This document shows positions 48,268-57,672 of a stretch of DNA of 64,000 nt, one piece after another. Position 1 is the stretch's first letter, and each line of letters opens with the position of its first letter. Source of the stretch: Escherichia phage CMS-2020a. The stretch is taken from sequence record CP053388.1, one strand, 5' to 3'. The translations under genes and the position numbers were made by a program. Under the pieces are notes generated by a model that worked only from the letters and a program-made list of their open reading frames with translations, searched no databases and was not told the DNA's origin.

Positions 48268-48900
48268 CTACATACTTTCTGATCTAATTGAGTTGTTCAC
48301 TGCTCTGGCAATCTTCTCCCGCAATTGCTGCGCTCCGTGGTACTGAACCGCAATATCCCGCAACTCGTTCACCAGTTCTCTAATCTGGTGATCTTTAAGC
48401 TCATTATTTGGGTGATGGGTAACAACTCTGGTTAATTCACCCTTGTCTTTTGCTCTTACGTATGCAGCTCTTGTGCATTCGACCCATGTATTACCGCCTA
48501 CATTAACTTCGTAGATTAGGCTGGACTTATCTGTCAATTCGGAACAAATACGGGCCGTGGTCTGGCAACTAGAGCATTCGCAGTTATCGCGGAAACCGTG
48601 ATCTACCGGTCGAGAAAGAGGTTTAACTTTTTCATCCAACTTCATCACAGCATCGTGATAAGCGTTCCAGCCGTCATCTTTACCAAGTTGATAAATCTCT
48701 GAAGGCTCCATGTAGTCTATATCGCAACCTTCTTCATCCGATCTATCTGGTCGCTTCCCTGGTAATCGCTCATAAAAACGTTTTCTGTCTCGACGTTCGG
48801 CTCTCAGAGCTAACGCAAGAAGTTGCTCAAGCGAGGTATTTGCACCAGCAATAATTTCATTGAGAATATCTTCTGTGAGATCTTTCGCTACCGTGCTCAT
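48268..48900 (-). CDS. hypothetical protein
   Basis: 210-aa ORF. Confidence 0.5.
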   Translation of the reverse strand: MSTVAKDLTEDILNEIIAGANTSLEQLLALALRAERRDRKRFYERLPGKRPDRSDEEGCDIDYMEPSEIYQLGKDDGWNAYHDAVMKLDEKVKPLSRPVDHGFRDNCECSSCQTTARICSELTDKSSLIYEVNVGGNTWVECTRAAYVRAKDKGELTRVVTHHPNNELKDHQIRELVNELRDIAVQYHGAQQLREKIARAVNNSIRSESM

Positions 48901-49280
48901 TTATCTCTCTCAGTATGTTGCGATGGCGTAAATTTGACGACATCAAATATTTTGGATGGCATCAACTTTATCCGCGAGCTTAGTTCGGCTCTTCTCTGTA
49001 ATGCGGTTAATAATGTTTTCGTTCTGACGCCTTCGTGTATCCTCATCCCTGGCACAAGAACTACATCGCAGGGGAGATGCTCAGGTGACAAATCATTTTG
49101 GGCATCGCTAATCAGTCGTGTAATCTCTCTTTCAAGCCGACCGCCTAGCTCTGTTTTAGTGCAATGTTCTGACCAATCGCCAGCCTCAAGCAGCGCGAGA
49201 ATGCTTAAAATATCGTCCAATAGAACGGTAGTATTATCGACTTCCTTCTGAAACTCACCGGCTACTGATTTATGCATCAT
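48897..49280 (-). CDS. hypothetical protein
   Basis: 127-aa ORF, coupled to neighbours. Confidence 0.45.
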   Translation of the reverse strand: MMHKSVAGEFQKEVDNTTVLLDDILSILALLEAGDWSEHCTKTELGGRLEREITRLISDAQNDLSPEHLPCDVVLVPGMRIHEGVRTKTLLTALQRRAELSSRIKLMPSKIFDVVKFTPSQHTERDK

Positions 49281-49930
49281 TCGTCATCCTCATCCGAGTC
49301 ATCCTCATCACAGGATGAGAGTAGTGGGTTAGTCATTCGCCCTACTTGAGTGGCGTAGCCACGCCGACAGAGATTGCGCAGCACACTGTATATTTCGAAC
49401 ATCTCGGTTCGTTCATCGCCAACATCAAGCTCAGATGCTATAGCGTGGCATTCAGTCGCGAGAGCCGATATTTTCTGAAATAACTCTGCATTATTCACTG
49501 TTCGACTCCTGCGGCGTTCTGGTAGTGACATCCAGTGTGTGACATTGCTAATCAGACCATATTCATTAGTTTGAGGATGGTTGCCGTTAGCGTCTCCGTA
49601 TTTAAGACTCTCCATAAAGCCATAATGCCTATCACCATTAACGCTCACAAAGCCGTAATAAGCAGGTATAACGCCGATCTCACACGTAACCAGTAAAGGA
49701 AAACTAGTTCTCCAATTTAGCTCGCCAATTACAGGCATTCGCTCACTACAGCTTATCCAACCATCCTTAGATGCGGCTGTATTGGCATAGGCCTTACGGT
49801 GCTTCTGTAGCTCTGCTGCAATCGCTCTCACGACTTCAACTGGTGCTCTTGCAGCAAACTCAATGTTGGTGATCAGCTCATTAAGATATTTCTCGCTTGG
49901 GTAGCATTTCTTATTGTTAACGGTGGTCAT
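49277..49930 (-). CDS. DUF551-like phage early protein
   Basis: GWISCSERMP ... VTHWMSLPERRR pattern. Confidence 0.55.
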   Translation of the reverse strand: MTTVNNKKCYPSEKYLNELITNIEFAARAPVEVVRAIAAELQKHRKAYANTAASKDGWISCSERMPVIGELNWRTSFPLLVTCEIGVIPAYYGFVSVNGDRHYGFMESLKYGDANGNHPQTNEYGLISNVTHWMSLPERRRSRTVNNAELFQKISALATECHAIASELDVGDERTEMFEIYSVLRNLCRRGYATQVGRMTNPLLSSCDEDDSDEDDE

Positions 49931-50115
49931 TAGGCAGCTCTCTCAACAACAAGCAATTCGTCGTAGTCATAATCAGTTTCGGAACCATCCGTACCGAACA
50001 GAGTCACTTTGTCATTTTCCATCCAAAAAGATTTAACCGCACATTGTTGACCTTTAGATGTTATGAGCACATCACCAGGGATTACGTCTTCAGCGCGAAC
50101 CTCTAGTGTTCTCAT
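49930..50115 (-). CDS. hypothetical small protein
   Basis: 61-aa ORF. Confidence 0.35.
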   Translation of the reverse strand: MRTLEVRAEDVIPGDVLITSKGQQCAVKSFWMENDKVTLFGTDGSETDYDYDELLVVERAA

Positions 50116-50642
50116 CGTGCTGCCCCCTCTTTGGTGAAAATGCCTGCTGCAATGCTGTTTATGATGCTGTCAGTGCATGGAGTAGAAAGCTGGGCATCTC
50201 CAGCAATTTTCATGACCTCAACATCCGCATATCGAATACCGAGGTGTATCAGACCGGCTATACCTGACTTAAGTCGAACATTTTCCATAAACAGATCTTT
50301 TTCCCGCTGTTTAGCGCCTTCCAACTCCATCGACAATTTTTCCAACTGCTCTTTATGCTTCTTGTATTCCTGATACGCGTGCCAAGACTGACCTTTGCGC
50401 ACACTATCAGTGATATCAGCAACCTGCTCTGGTGTTAGCGTGGTCAGTGGCTGTGCTGGAAAAATCATCACTTGCCCGGCATCCCAATCAAAACCCGCCT
50501 GAATTGACTGAACCTCAACTGATGGTGTTGAACCGATGCGACCAGGCGAATGAACAACGATCGTTACATCCATATCGCGACGATGGCTGTGGTTGTTGGA
50601 CAAAATACGATTCACCAACTCAGAAAATTTGGATAATTTCAT
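50112..50642 (-). CDS. hypothetical protein (start set at MKLSKF)
   Basis: ATG overlaps stop of upstream gene (ATGA). Confidence 0.45.
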   Translation of the reverse strand: MKLSKFSELVNRILSNNHSHRRDMDVTIVVHSPGRIGSTPSVEVQSIQAGFDWDAGQVMIFPAQPLTTLTPEQVADITDSVRKGQSWHAYQEYKKHKEQLEKLSMELEGAKQREKDLFMENVRLKSGIAGLIHLGIRYADVEVMKIAGDAQLSTPCTDSIINSIAAGIFTKEGAAR

Positions 50643-50962
50643 GCTGATCTCTCTTTCTCTCCCCGGATAATTCTGTTGCACACATCCACACACTCGTCGC
50701 AGATGAAAACGGCGTCCCCAGCAATTAACTTTTTGACGGCGTACTGGGATTTGTTGCAGAAGCTGCAACAAAGTGTTCGCCTGACTGATAAGGATGGAGC
50801 GCCAGATGTCAGCCGCTCCATATCGTTCTTGCGACGCAATATCACACGGCTGAACTCAACCAGTTTCTCCGGGGATATCTCCTCCTCCGTAGCGAGCGTC
50901 TCTAGTCGTTCGAGTATGTTGAAGGCTTTTTCTTGGGTAATAGCAGAGTGCGATGTGGTCAT
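50639..50962 (-). CDS. ClpX-type C4 zinc-finger domain protein
   Basis: [35 protein letters not shown] closely parallels the ClpX N-terminal zinc-binding domain. Confidence 0.6.
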   Translation of the reverse strand: MTTSHSAITQEKAFNILERLETLATEEEISPEKLVEFSRVILRRKNDMERLTSGAPSLSVRRTLCCSFCNKSQYAVKKLIAGDAVFICDECVDVCNRIIRGEKERSA

Positions 50963-51360
50963 TTTCTTTCACCTTCAATGTTCGTGGCGCTGGCACGATT
51001 GTCCTTGCGAAGAAGAGCGGCTATGCGCTTACTTCCATCCGAGATAACGCCCTCGTAATACTCACGCTGCTCGTTGAGTTTTGATTTTGCCAACTCCAGT
51101 TGTTTTGTTAGTTCCGCAATACGGCAAACATCGTTGATACGCGTTTCCTCTAATGCGTTGATCTCATCCAGTAGTGCCAGCACGGTTTCTGGTCCGGCCA
51201 GAAATTTGAAGGCGTTGAGGGCATCAATATCAACACCGCTATCTTTAAGTTCCTGTTCGCATATCAGATCATCATCAACTGGCAACATTAACAGGCGTTC
51301 CATTGCCGGAATTGCACGCTCTGCCGCCTCACGCAGTGCCTGATAGTCAATCTTGCTCAC
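50959..51360 (-). CDS. hypothetical coiled-coil protein (Ea22-like?)
   Basis: 133-aa ORF. Confidence 0.4.
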   Translation of the reverse strand: MSKIDYQALREAAERAIPAMERLLMLPVDDDLICEQELKDSGVDIDALNAFKFLAGPETVLALLDEINALEETRINDVCRIAELTKQLELAKSKLNEQREYYEGVISDGSKRIAALLRKDNRASATNIEGERK

Positions 51361-51857
51361 TGGATGACTCCTTTACGAAGCTGTTCAGCAATACTTACGC
51401 ATATCTCTGCGCCTCTAATCAGCCCCGGAACGTTCTTGTTTGGCCCAACTTCACCATCAACAAAATCAATCATCGCGTTACGAGCCATATCCACGCCCTG
51501 CGCACGTACTTCAGCCAGAAAAGCATCGGTGGCTGGAGTCTCCGTCAATTCGCTAACCCAATTATCTCCGTGTTCCTCGGCACACATCGCATCGAATGCT
51601 CGCTCAGATTCTTTCAGGGCTGCATTCTCCGCCGCTAATGCGTCTCTTTGCGCCAGCAACTTCTCAATTTCGGCAGCCATGTAGTAACCAACCATAGCGA
51701 AGACGGCAAAAGAGTTATCTGCCTCATCAGGCGACACTGAGGCCATTAGCAGGCCATCGTAAAAATCGTGACTCCCATTGGTGATCGCCACCGCATAGGA
51801 GTCGTGGTTCTCGCGCTTGTGAATGAGAACTACGGGATTTTCGATTTTGTTACTCAT
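51357..51857 (-). CDS. hypothetical protein
   Basis: 166-aa ORF; motif A variant upstream. Confidence 0.5.
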   Translation of the reverse strand: MSNKIENPVVLIHKRENHDSYAVAITNGSHDFYDGLLMASVSPDEADNSFAVFAMVGYYMAAEIEKLLAQRDALAAENAALKESERAFDAMCAEEHGDNWVSELTETPATDAFLAEVRAQGVDMARNAMIDFVDGEVGPNKNVPGLIRGAEICVSIAEQLRKGVIQ

Positions 51858-51920
51858 GTGTTTTTCTCTTCTTTGCTGTTACATAAGCACTACCAAGTGC
51901 TGGTTTATTTTCACAAATAA

Positions 51921-51948
51921 GAAAAGGTAGAAAACAATTTATTTAAGG
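51921..51948. promoter_or_regulatory. motif A variant
   Basis: gaaaaggtagaaaacaatttatttaagg. Confidence 0.45.
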
Positions 51949-51995
51949 CCACAACTTATGGCCTTTATTTATTCATGCCGAAGGATTTGTAGCGT

Positions 51996-52376
51996 CTAAT
52001 TGCCGGATAAAATGGGGTGAGGTGCTTGCCAGTAGGCTCCACCGTTCCATGTGAACCCCATGCGAATAAGAGTGTTTATTGCGGCTTTGGTAGCCTCCGA
52101 TTCGACACTGGCTTTTCGAAACTCTTGAACCTCTTTCGCCAACTTGTATGTAATTGTGCAGGGGACGATTGCAGCCCAGCCTTTCTCATGACTGTTAATG
52201 ACCATCTGGATGTGACCATCCAGAATAGGTTGATTAGGCATGTTATTGAAAATGTCTGCCTGTTTTTGAATGTGAAGAAAAAGCCTTGCCAGCTCCATTT
52301 GCTCACTCCGAGACAAGGGATTATCAAGAGGGCTTTTTGCAAAAGCGGCTACACGCTGTGCGTCAATGCCAAACAT
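51996..52376 (-). CDS. hypothetical protein
   Basis: 126-aa ORF. Confidence 0.45.
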   Translation of the reverse strand: MFGIDAQRVAAFAKSPLDNPLSRSEQMELARLFLHIQKQADIFNNMPNQPILDGHIQMVINSHEKGWAAIVPCTITYKLAKEVQEFRKASVESEATKAAINTLIRMGFTWNGGAYWQAPHPILSGN

Positions 52377-53080
52377 CAGCGCACCTCACCATCTTTATGG
52401 CTGGAGTTAACTTCCGCCATTAAATGTCTGACGTAATCGACAAGAGAGCCACCTGGTGGAATCTGGCATTCCTCGACTAACTGGAAGTAGATATCCGCAG
52501 CATTACGTGTATTGCTACCCGCACATATTCTTTCTTCCCGAAGTGCATGAAGCTCGTTGATCAAACGGTCACACTCTCCGTTACGCTGATCCACAACGGC
52601 CTCAAGCTCTGCGACGCGTTCACCTGGCGTCTTACCTTCTTTGCGTTGGATGGTAACGACGAAATCGCCAATTTCCGGGACGTTGTAATCCAGCTCAAGG
52701 TAGTTTTTGGCACCGCTGCGGACGAACTCACCCGCGAACATGGTAGCGAACATCGCAGAGGCCACTTCGCCGTTGAAAAGTGACTCCAGATCTAACGGAG
52801 TACCGGCAGCAAGAGCCTCTTTTGCTGTATCCATTGCATCCATGAACCGATCAAACTCATTGGCGCGCTTTTCCAGGTTTTTCCATTGCTCGCTCCAACG
52901 TTTGGCAACGAAGTCTATGAATGTTTTCGCGGATTCATCAAAATTCCCCTCAAACTTAACGATGCCTTTATCAATAATGATCTGGCCTACCGCATCCTCT
53001 GCATAACCTTTCAATGTAAACTTGAAAGGAAAATCGGAATGGCCTGTGACGTTAAAATGCTCTAACTGGAGGTTGCTCAT
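52376..53080 (-). CDS. hypothetical protein
   Basis: 234-aa ORF. Confidence 0.5.
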   Translation of the reverse strand: MSNLQLEHFNVTGHSDFPFKFTLKGYAEDAVGQIIIDKGIVKFEGNFDESAKTFIDFVAKRWSEQWKNLEKRANEFDRFMDAMDTAKEALAAGTPLDLESLFNGEVASAMFATMFAGEFVRSGAKNYLELDYNVPEIGDFVVTIQRKEGKTPGERVAELEAVVDQRNGECDRLINELHALREERICAGSNTRNAADIYFQLVEECQIPPGGSLVDYVRHLMAEVNSSHKDGEVR

Positions 53081-53121
53081 GTGTTTTCTCTTATCGTTTA
53101 GTTACTACATTCTTACATAAA

Positions 53122-53142
53122 CTAAGTAAGTATTTACCTATC
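53122..53142. promoter_or_regulatory. motif B palindrome
   Basis: ctaagtaagtatttacctatc at the MTase gene stop. Confidence 0.5.
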
Positions 53143-54826
53143 ATTTAACGCGTTTGAAAACGTATACGCTGACTGTGATCCCTGTGTCTTCAAACTCGTT
53201 GGTAAACGACTTCCCTCTGGCATAAACGTAATTATCCATCGTCATCCAGTCCAGTATTGGCGCAGTGCCCGGCAATACTGCTACAAGACGCCCGCCGACT
53301 TTCAGATGCCCCAGCGCAGCCAGCGTGTGCTCTCTATGACGACCAAGCGAGTACGGCGGGTTCATAACGATTTTGTCGAACTGATAACCTACGTTGTCCT
53401 CAGACCACTTTATGAAGTCGCAGCAAATCGTGTTCGTATACCCTTTTCCGCGCAGGATATCAGCGAAGAGAGGTGCGATTTCTATGCAGGTAACATCTTC
53501 CAGATCGGCGTTGATATAGGCCAGAAGATCCCCACGTCCGGCTTGAGGCTCCAGCAGCTTCTCACCAGACTTCAATTCAGTGGCTCTGGCAACGTACTCA
53601 GCAATCAAGCGTGGGGTAGGGTAGAACTGGTGTGATTTTGTATCCGGTATTAATCCGGTAGCCACAATCGTATTTAGCGTATGGCCGATCTCATACGGGA
53701 ACTGCCAGTGTTTTTTCTCCTGCACGCCGCCAATGAAGCTCAGTGTGCGCTCAAGCTCTTCCACCTGCGACTTCTGGAGAGCTGAATCAGAGAAGTACCA
53801 TACGCCTTTGTCTTTGCTCAATCGCCCGTCACGAAGCGCAGTGCGAACCGGCACGGAGATCGTCTTCTGGATTAACCCGAACTGCTTTGGTGCCCGTGTT
53901 TTTGGCGCAGTTCGGCATGGCGCGGGGATTGCAGCAGGCATACTGTAAGCCAGCACCTCATTCAACTTCCAGGCCACGTCAGGATGTATTTCAAAGTGAA
54001 CGTTGCCGTTCTTGAACATCTTCACGCGCATCAGATTTCCATCGACGTTCATCCAGTCACCGGTCTGGCAGTCGTTTGCTCGATACGCAGCTGATAGCAC
54101 CTCAGCAGTGCGGTTGATGGTAATAAATTCTTTGTGCGCGAAGAAATGAAGCAAGACACGCAGATCGTCGATGTAGTCCTCTTTGCGATAGTTCACGCTA
54201 ACGCTGTCCCGCCAGAAATCAGAAATGCAGTCAGCGATTATCAGACGCTCGCTGAAACCGTTTGTCTTATTTGTCTTGTGCGCAGGACTCAGCGCCTTAA
54301 ACAAGCCATACACGCGCTCAGAGAGATATTTGTGCCTGTCATTCAGCAAATTAAGCATCGTGGGTATGACCGTTTCTGCTTTGAACTCCGGTACACCAAC
54401 GAACTCTTTAACCTTCATCTGGTAGCCGGTTCTGTCAGTTTTGATGACTTCCTGTTTGCCCTCTATAAACTGCTCGCGCCACTCATCTCGACGGGAAGCT
54501 GGCATGATCAGCAAAACGTTAGTCATGTCCGTGACCTTCCTCCAGTACTCGGCCCAAATATTCTGTTTCACCCATTCCAGATCGACTTTATCCAACCAAC
54601 CTCGATTTAAACGCGAGCGATCTTCATCTGGTCGATGGTTTAGTCTCAGCAGGCGATTAATCATGTTGTGGCGTTCGTCGCCATAAACGAAGTCGTGTAC
54701 CTGATACATGAAGGCGATCTCTTTCTCGCACTCGGCCACAATTTCGTGGATGACGTTCATTTCCTGCCGATAGTCGATAGCAGTGTTTGAGTTGGCATCG
54801 TCGATGATGGAAAGGGCTGTATTCAT
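53141..54826 (-). CDS. DNA methyltransferase (NPPY class) with ~380-aa N-terminal domain of unknown function
   Basis: C-terminal FYPTP, EPQAGRGDL (SAM-binding) and IVMNPPY motifs. Confidence 0.7.
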   Translation of the reverse strand: MNTALSIIDDANSNTAIDYRQEMNVIHEIVAECEKEIAFMYQVHDFVYGDERHNMINRLLRLNHRPDEDRSRLNRGWLDKVDLEWVKQNIWAEYWRKVTDMTNVLLIMPASRRDEWREQFIEGKQEVIKTDRTGYQMKVKEFVGVPEFKAETVIPTMLNLLNDRHKYLSERVYGLFKALSPAHKTNKTNGFSERLIIADCISDFWRDSVSVNYRKEDYIDDLRVLLHFFAHKEFITINRTAEVLSAAYRANDCQTGDWMNVDGNLMRVKMFKNGNVHFEIHPDVAWKLNEVLAYSMPAAIPAPCRTAPKTRAPKQFGLIQKTISVPVRTALRDGRLSKDKGVWYFSDSALQKSQVEELERTLSFIGGVQEKKHWQFPYEIGHTLNTIVATGLIPDTKSHQFYPTPRLIAEYVARATELKSGEKLLEPQAGRGDLLAYINADLEDVTCIEIAPLFADILRGKGYTNTICCDFIKWSEDNVGYQFDKIVMNPPYSLGRHREHTLAALGHLKVGGRLVAVLPGTAPILDWMTMDNYVYARGKSFTNEFEDTGITVSVYVFKRVK

Positions 54827-54929
54827 AATTGCACCATTAAGAAGTGATTTGTTTAATGGTGCAATTATTTCAAAAATGAAAAGGTACTAAATAGAAATAA
54901 ACAGGCAATCGTTCAAATAAAGGCATTGG

Positions 54930-55535
54930 CTAATCATACTTGGAGGTATTTATCACCAGAATTTTGTTTGTATAAATCTTCTTAATATCCCATGTGACAT
55001 TACCGGAATACCATTGACCGTTATATACTTGGTTTCCAGTTGCACCTGTCATTGTTACATAGACAGGTCTGTCGTAATCGGTTCGTCTATAGTTATATAC
55101 CCCAACCATAGCAGGCATTACCGCACATGGATACCCCATATCTATTGTAAATTGAGGGTCAGAAATAGTGATAAGTTTCGCATCAAGGGGCATCATCTCA
55201 CCGTGATACACCATTGCGCCTGCGCTGTTATACATGGCAATGCCATAGCCAGAATGTGGTAACACCATATCAGAAAAAGCATAAACTGTTATTGTTCCGG
55301 GGCTACCATTTACCTGATGCAATCTGAGAGCATTGTATCCGTTACTATGCTCATGAATAAACATCATGTTCGCCTTATTACTGCTTTTTATGAAGAAAAA
55401 GCATGATTTGTTTGATGGGATTGATGTTTGAAAAACAGAACCTTTAGATGTAGACATTGTCCCTTTATTAATCAGATTTTGCGGAGTAAATTCTGGACTC
55501 ATCCACAAACTTCCATCTGATTGAGTAATTGACAT
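54930..55535 (-). CDS. hypothetical protein (AT-rich cassette gene 2)
   Basis: Asn/Tyr/Gly-rich; start MSITQSDG. Confidence 0.45.
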   Translation of the reverse strand: MSITQSDGSLWMSPEFTPQNLINKGTMSTSKGSVFQTSIPSNKSCFFFIKSSNKANMMFIHEHSNGYNALRLHQVNGSPGTITVYAFSDMVLPHSGYGIAMYNSAGAMVYHGEMMPLDAKLITISDPQFTIDMGYPCAVMPAMVGVYNYRRTDYDRPVYVTMTGATGNQVYNGQWYSGNVTWDIKKIYTNKILVINTSKYD

Positions 55536-55546
55536 CCCGAACATAA

Positions 55547-55828
55547 TTATCCCCAGTATGTGTATATGTAAGAACCAAGCCCCGTATATAAATTTGACCA
55601 ACTAACCGTATTTCCATTAATAGTAACTGTTGGAACAGGTAAATTAATGTAGTTGTCGTTGTTAAGAGGCATCAATGACCACACGGCATGTAGCGATTTA
55701 CCCGGTGGCGGATTGGAGTACGTCTTAGAGCCTGATGACGCAGTAAATCGATCAAGAAAAAAAATAGGAGTAAGGAAGCCAGTAACGTTAATTCCTTTAT
55801 TGTTGTAAATCCCTGTACCGTATGACAT
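55547..55828 (-). CDS. hypothetical protein (AT-rich cassette gene 1)
   Basis: 93 aa, Asn/Tyr/Gly-rich. Confidence 0.45.
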   Translation of the reverse strand: MSYGTGIYNNKGINVTGFLTPIFFLDRFTASSGSKTYSNPPPGKSLHAVWSLMPLNNDNYINLPVPTVTINGNTVSWSNLYTGLGSYIYTYWG

Positions 55829-55882
55829 TTTTCACCCTTGTTTTTATCAACACAATATGGCCGATCATGCGGCCATATCAGA

Positions 55883-56452
55883 TCAATTAGAGCTTTGAAA
55901 GACTTTGTGTGGTTGTGTTGCGAGGTTATGTCGATGGCTTAACTCACGCATCATGTCTTCAAGCCGACTCTTTGTGTCGTCGAGTTGGTCGGCCATTGCT
56001 CCCAAAAGCTGACGAACGGCCATCGGATCATCGCTGTTTAGTGATGGCATTTTATAACCCGCCTGAGAAGACATAAGATTGAACGCAGACATCAACATCG
56101 TTAGAGAGGATTTAAGCCCAGCAATTTCACGATCTTTGCTGGCAATAATCGCCTCACTCTTGTTAGTGTCATCAGTTCGTTGAGTCTCGCTCACCATATC
56201 CAAAGTCGCCTGCAACTTATCAGCGCGCTCTTTTTCAGCAAGATAATGAACACCGAAATGATGTGCTAAAGCTACAACCTGAGTTGGCTCTTCAAAGGTG
56301 GACTCAAAATTAAGTGCTGTAACCACTCTCTCAAATATGGAAACGTCTTCTATTCCTCGAAGAATGGCTAACATTTTGACCAGTTCATTAGCATCCATTT
56401 CTTCGAATAAGGCGTTTTGTTCATCAGCTATCGCTTTGCATTTCTTGCACAT
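55883..56452 (-). CDS. hypothetical coiled-coil protein
   Basis: 189-aa ORF; motif A upstream. Confidence 0.5.
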   Translation of the reverse strand: MCKKCKAIADEQNALFEEMDANELVKMLAILRGIEDVSIFERVVTALNFESTFEEPTQVVALAHHFGVHYLAEKERADKLQATLDMVSETQRTDDTNKSEAIIASKDREIAGLKSSLTMLMSAFNLMSSQAGYKMPSLNSDDPMAVRQLLGAMADQLDDTKSRLEDMMRELSHRHNLATQPHKVFQSSN

Positions 56453-56468
56453 GTGTTTTTCCTAATGC

Positions 56469-56493
56469 TTAAACAAGTTGTTTTCTTATTGGC
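56469..56493. promoter_or_regulatory. motif A
   Basis: ttaaacaagttgttttcttattggc. Confidence 0.6.
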
Positions 56494-56559
56494 TTTATTG
56501 TGATGTGGCATAAAAGGGGAGCAAGCTAAACGTAAAGGTGCAAACTCTCTATTTCGGTC

Positions 56560-56590
56560 AACGAAACACAAGGGCCATTTGGCCCTTGTC
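56560..56590 (-). terminator. rho-independent terminator
   Basis: aagggccatttggccctt hairpin, T-rich tail on minus strand. Confidence 0.6.
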
Positions 56591-56749
56591 ATTAACACGT
56601 TGCTTTACGGACTAGCGGATAAGCGAAGTAGATCGCCAGACCAATGAGGACGCCATCAGAAATGACAGACATCATCTTTCCCGTAAAATCCACCAACACC
56701 GCCATCACCAGAAGAGCAATGACGATCACAAGCCGGAATCTCTCAAGCA

Positions 56750-57175
56750 TTAGAGATAAGCATCCAGTGACAACTGAAGCGCCTGGGCGATCTTTTTCAG
56801 TGCCTGCTCTTCTTGTTCACCAATGCCGTCCTGATCGGCAATATCAAGGCACAGACACAGAACATCGACCGCCTCTGGAGTACCCGCAATATCAGACAGC
56901 TCACGAATAGCCTGTGCATTAGCAGAACGAGGGGACGCTTCGTAACGAGCACGGATATTGGCGCTCATTTGGGCAATTTCACCAGCAAACGGAGAAAACG
57001 CAGGCAGAGCTGCAATTGTCTTCTCAAGAATGGCAATTTCTTTTGCGTCACATGTGCCGTCGGCATAGGAGATCATGTACGCGCCCCACACGGTGGCCTC
57101 AACCGCATCACGGTTCTCCATTTTTTTGACTTCGATAACAGCTTTACGAGTTTTCTTTTTGAAGAAACCTAACAT
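56750..57175 (-). CDS. TerB-like domain protein
   Basis: Tandem YADG / DIADQDG acidic motifs. Confidence 0.5.
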   Translation of the reverse strand: MLGFFKKKTRKAVIEVKKMENRDAVEATVWGAYMISYADGTCDAKEIAILEKTIAALPAFSPFAGEIAQMSANIRARYEASPRSANAQAIRELSDIAGTPEAVDVLCLCLDIADQDGIGEQEEQALKKIAQALQLSLDAYL

Positions 57176-57197
57176 GTGCTTTCCTTTTATTATTTGT

Positions 57198-57220
57198 CAA
57201 AACAAGTTGTTTTCTAATTA
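57198..57220. promoter_or_regulatory. motif A
   Basis: caaaacaagttgttttctaatta. Confidence 0.6.
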
Positions 57221-57268
57221 CATAAATTGCTTACGCAGAGATGGTCAATGCATATGCACTAACAGCCG

Positions 57269-57457
57269 TCAGAAATAACCAAGTACCGAACCAACTGGAA
57301 AAACAAAAATCCCAACAACACGAGCCAAGGTCATACCAGCCTGAAACTGGAGATCGCCAGAGCAAACAAGTTTTATAATGTTCGATACCCAACCGGCGGC
57401 CATGAGGGCAAGAATTGCCAGCCAAATTTTTCCAAAGTGATTTGAAAACCAGTTCAT
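57269..57457 (-). CDS. small two-TM membrane protein
   Basis: 62 aa with two hydrophobic helices; ATG overlaps upstream stop. Confidence 0.4.
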   Translation of the reverse strand: MNWFSNHFGKIWLAILALMAAGWVSNIIKLVCSGDLQFQAGMTLARVVGIFVFPVGSVLGYF

Positions 57458-57672
57458 ACAACCGCCTTAGTCACAGCATGATCCTGAGTAACTGGATGAA
57501 CTTGAGGTATCGCATCCACCGTCATCCCATCCAGAGTGACAGGACGCTCTACTGGAGTGGTGGTAATTGTCGTCGACGAAGGTGTGGTGGTGGATGAATC
57601 CGGCATCAAAAGGCTCTGACCGGCTGGAACGGCTACCGTCGCCAGTGAAACTATAATGAGAACGTAGGCCAT
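57454..57672 (-). CDS. small secreted Thr/Pro-rich protein
   Basis: Start MAYVLIIVSLATVAVPA with AAGAGG RBS; overlaps 57467-57961 in another frame. Confidence 0.4.
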   Translation of the reverse strand: MAYVLIIVSLATVAVPAGQSLLMPDSSTTTPSSTTITTTPVERPVTLDGMTVDAIPQVHPVTQDHAVTKAVV

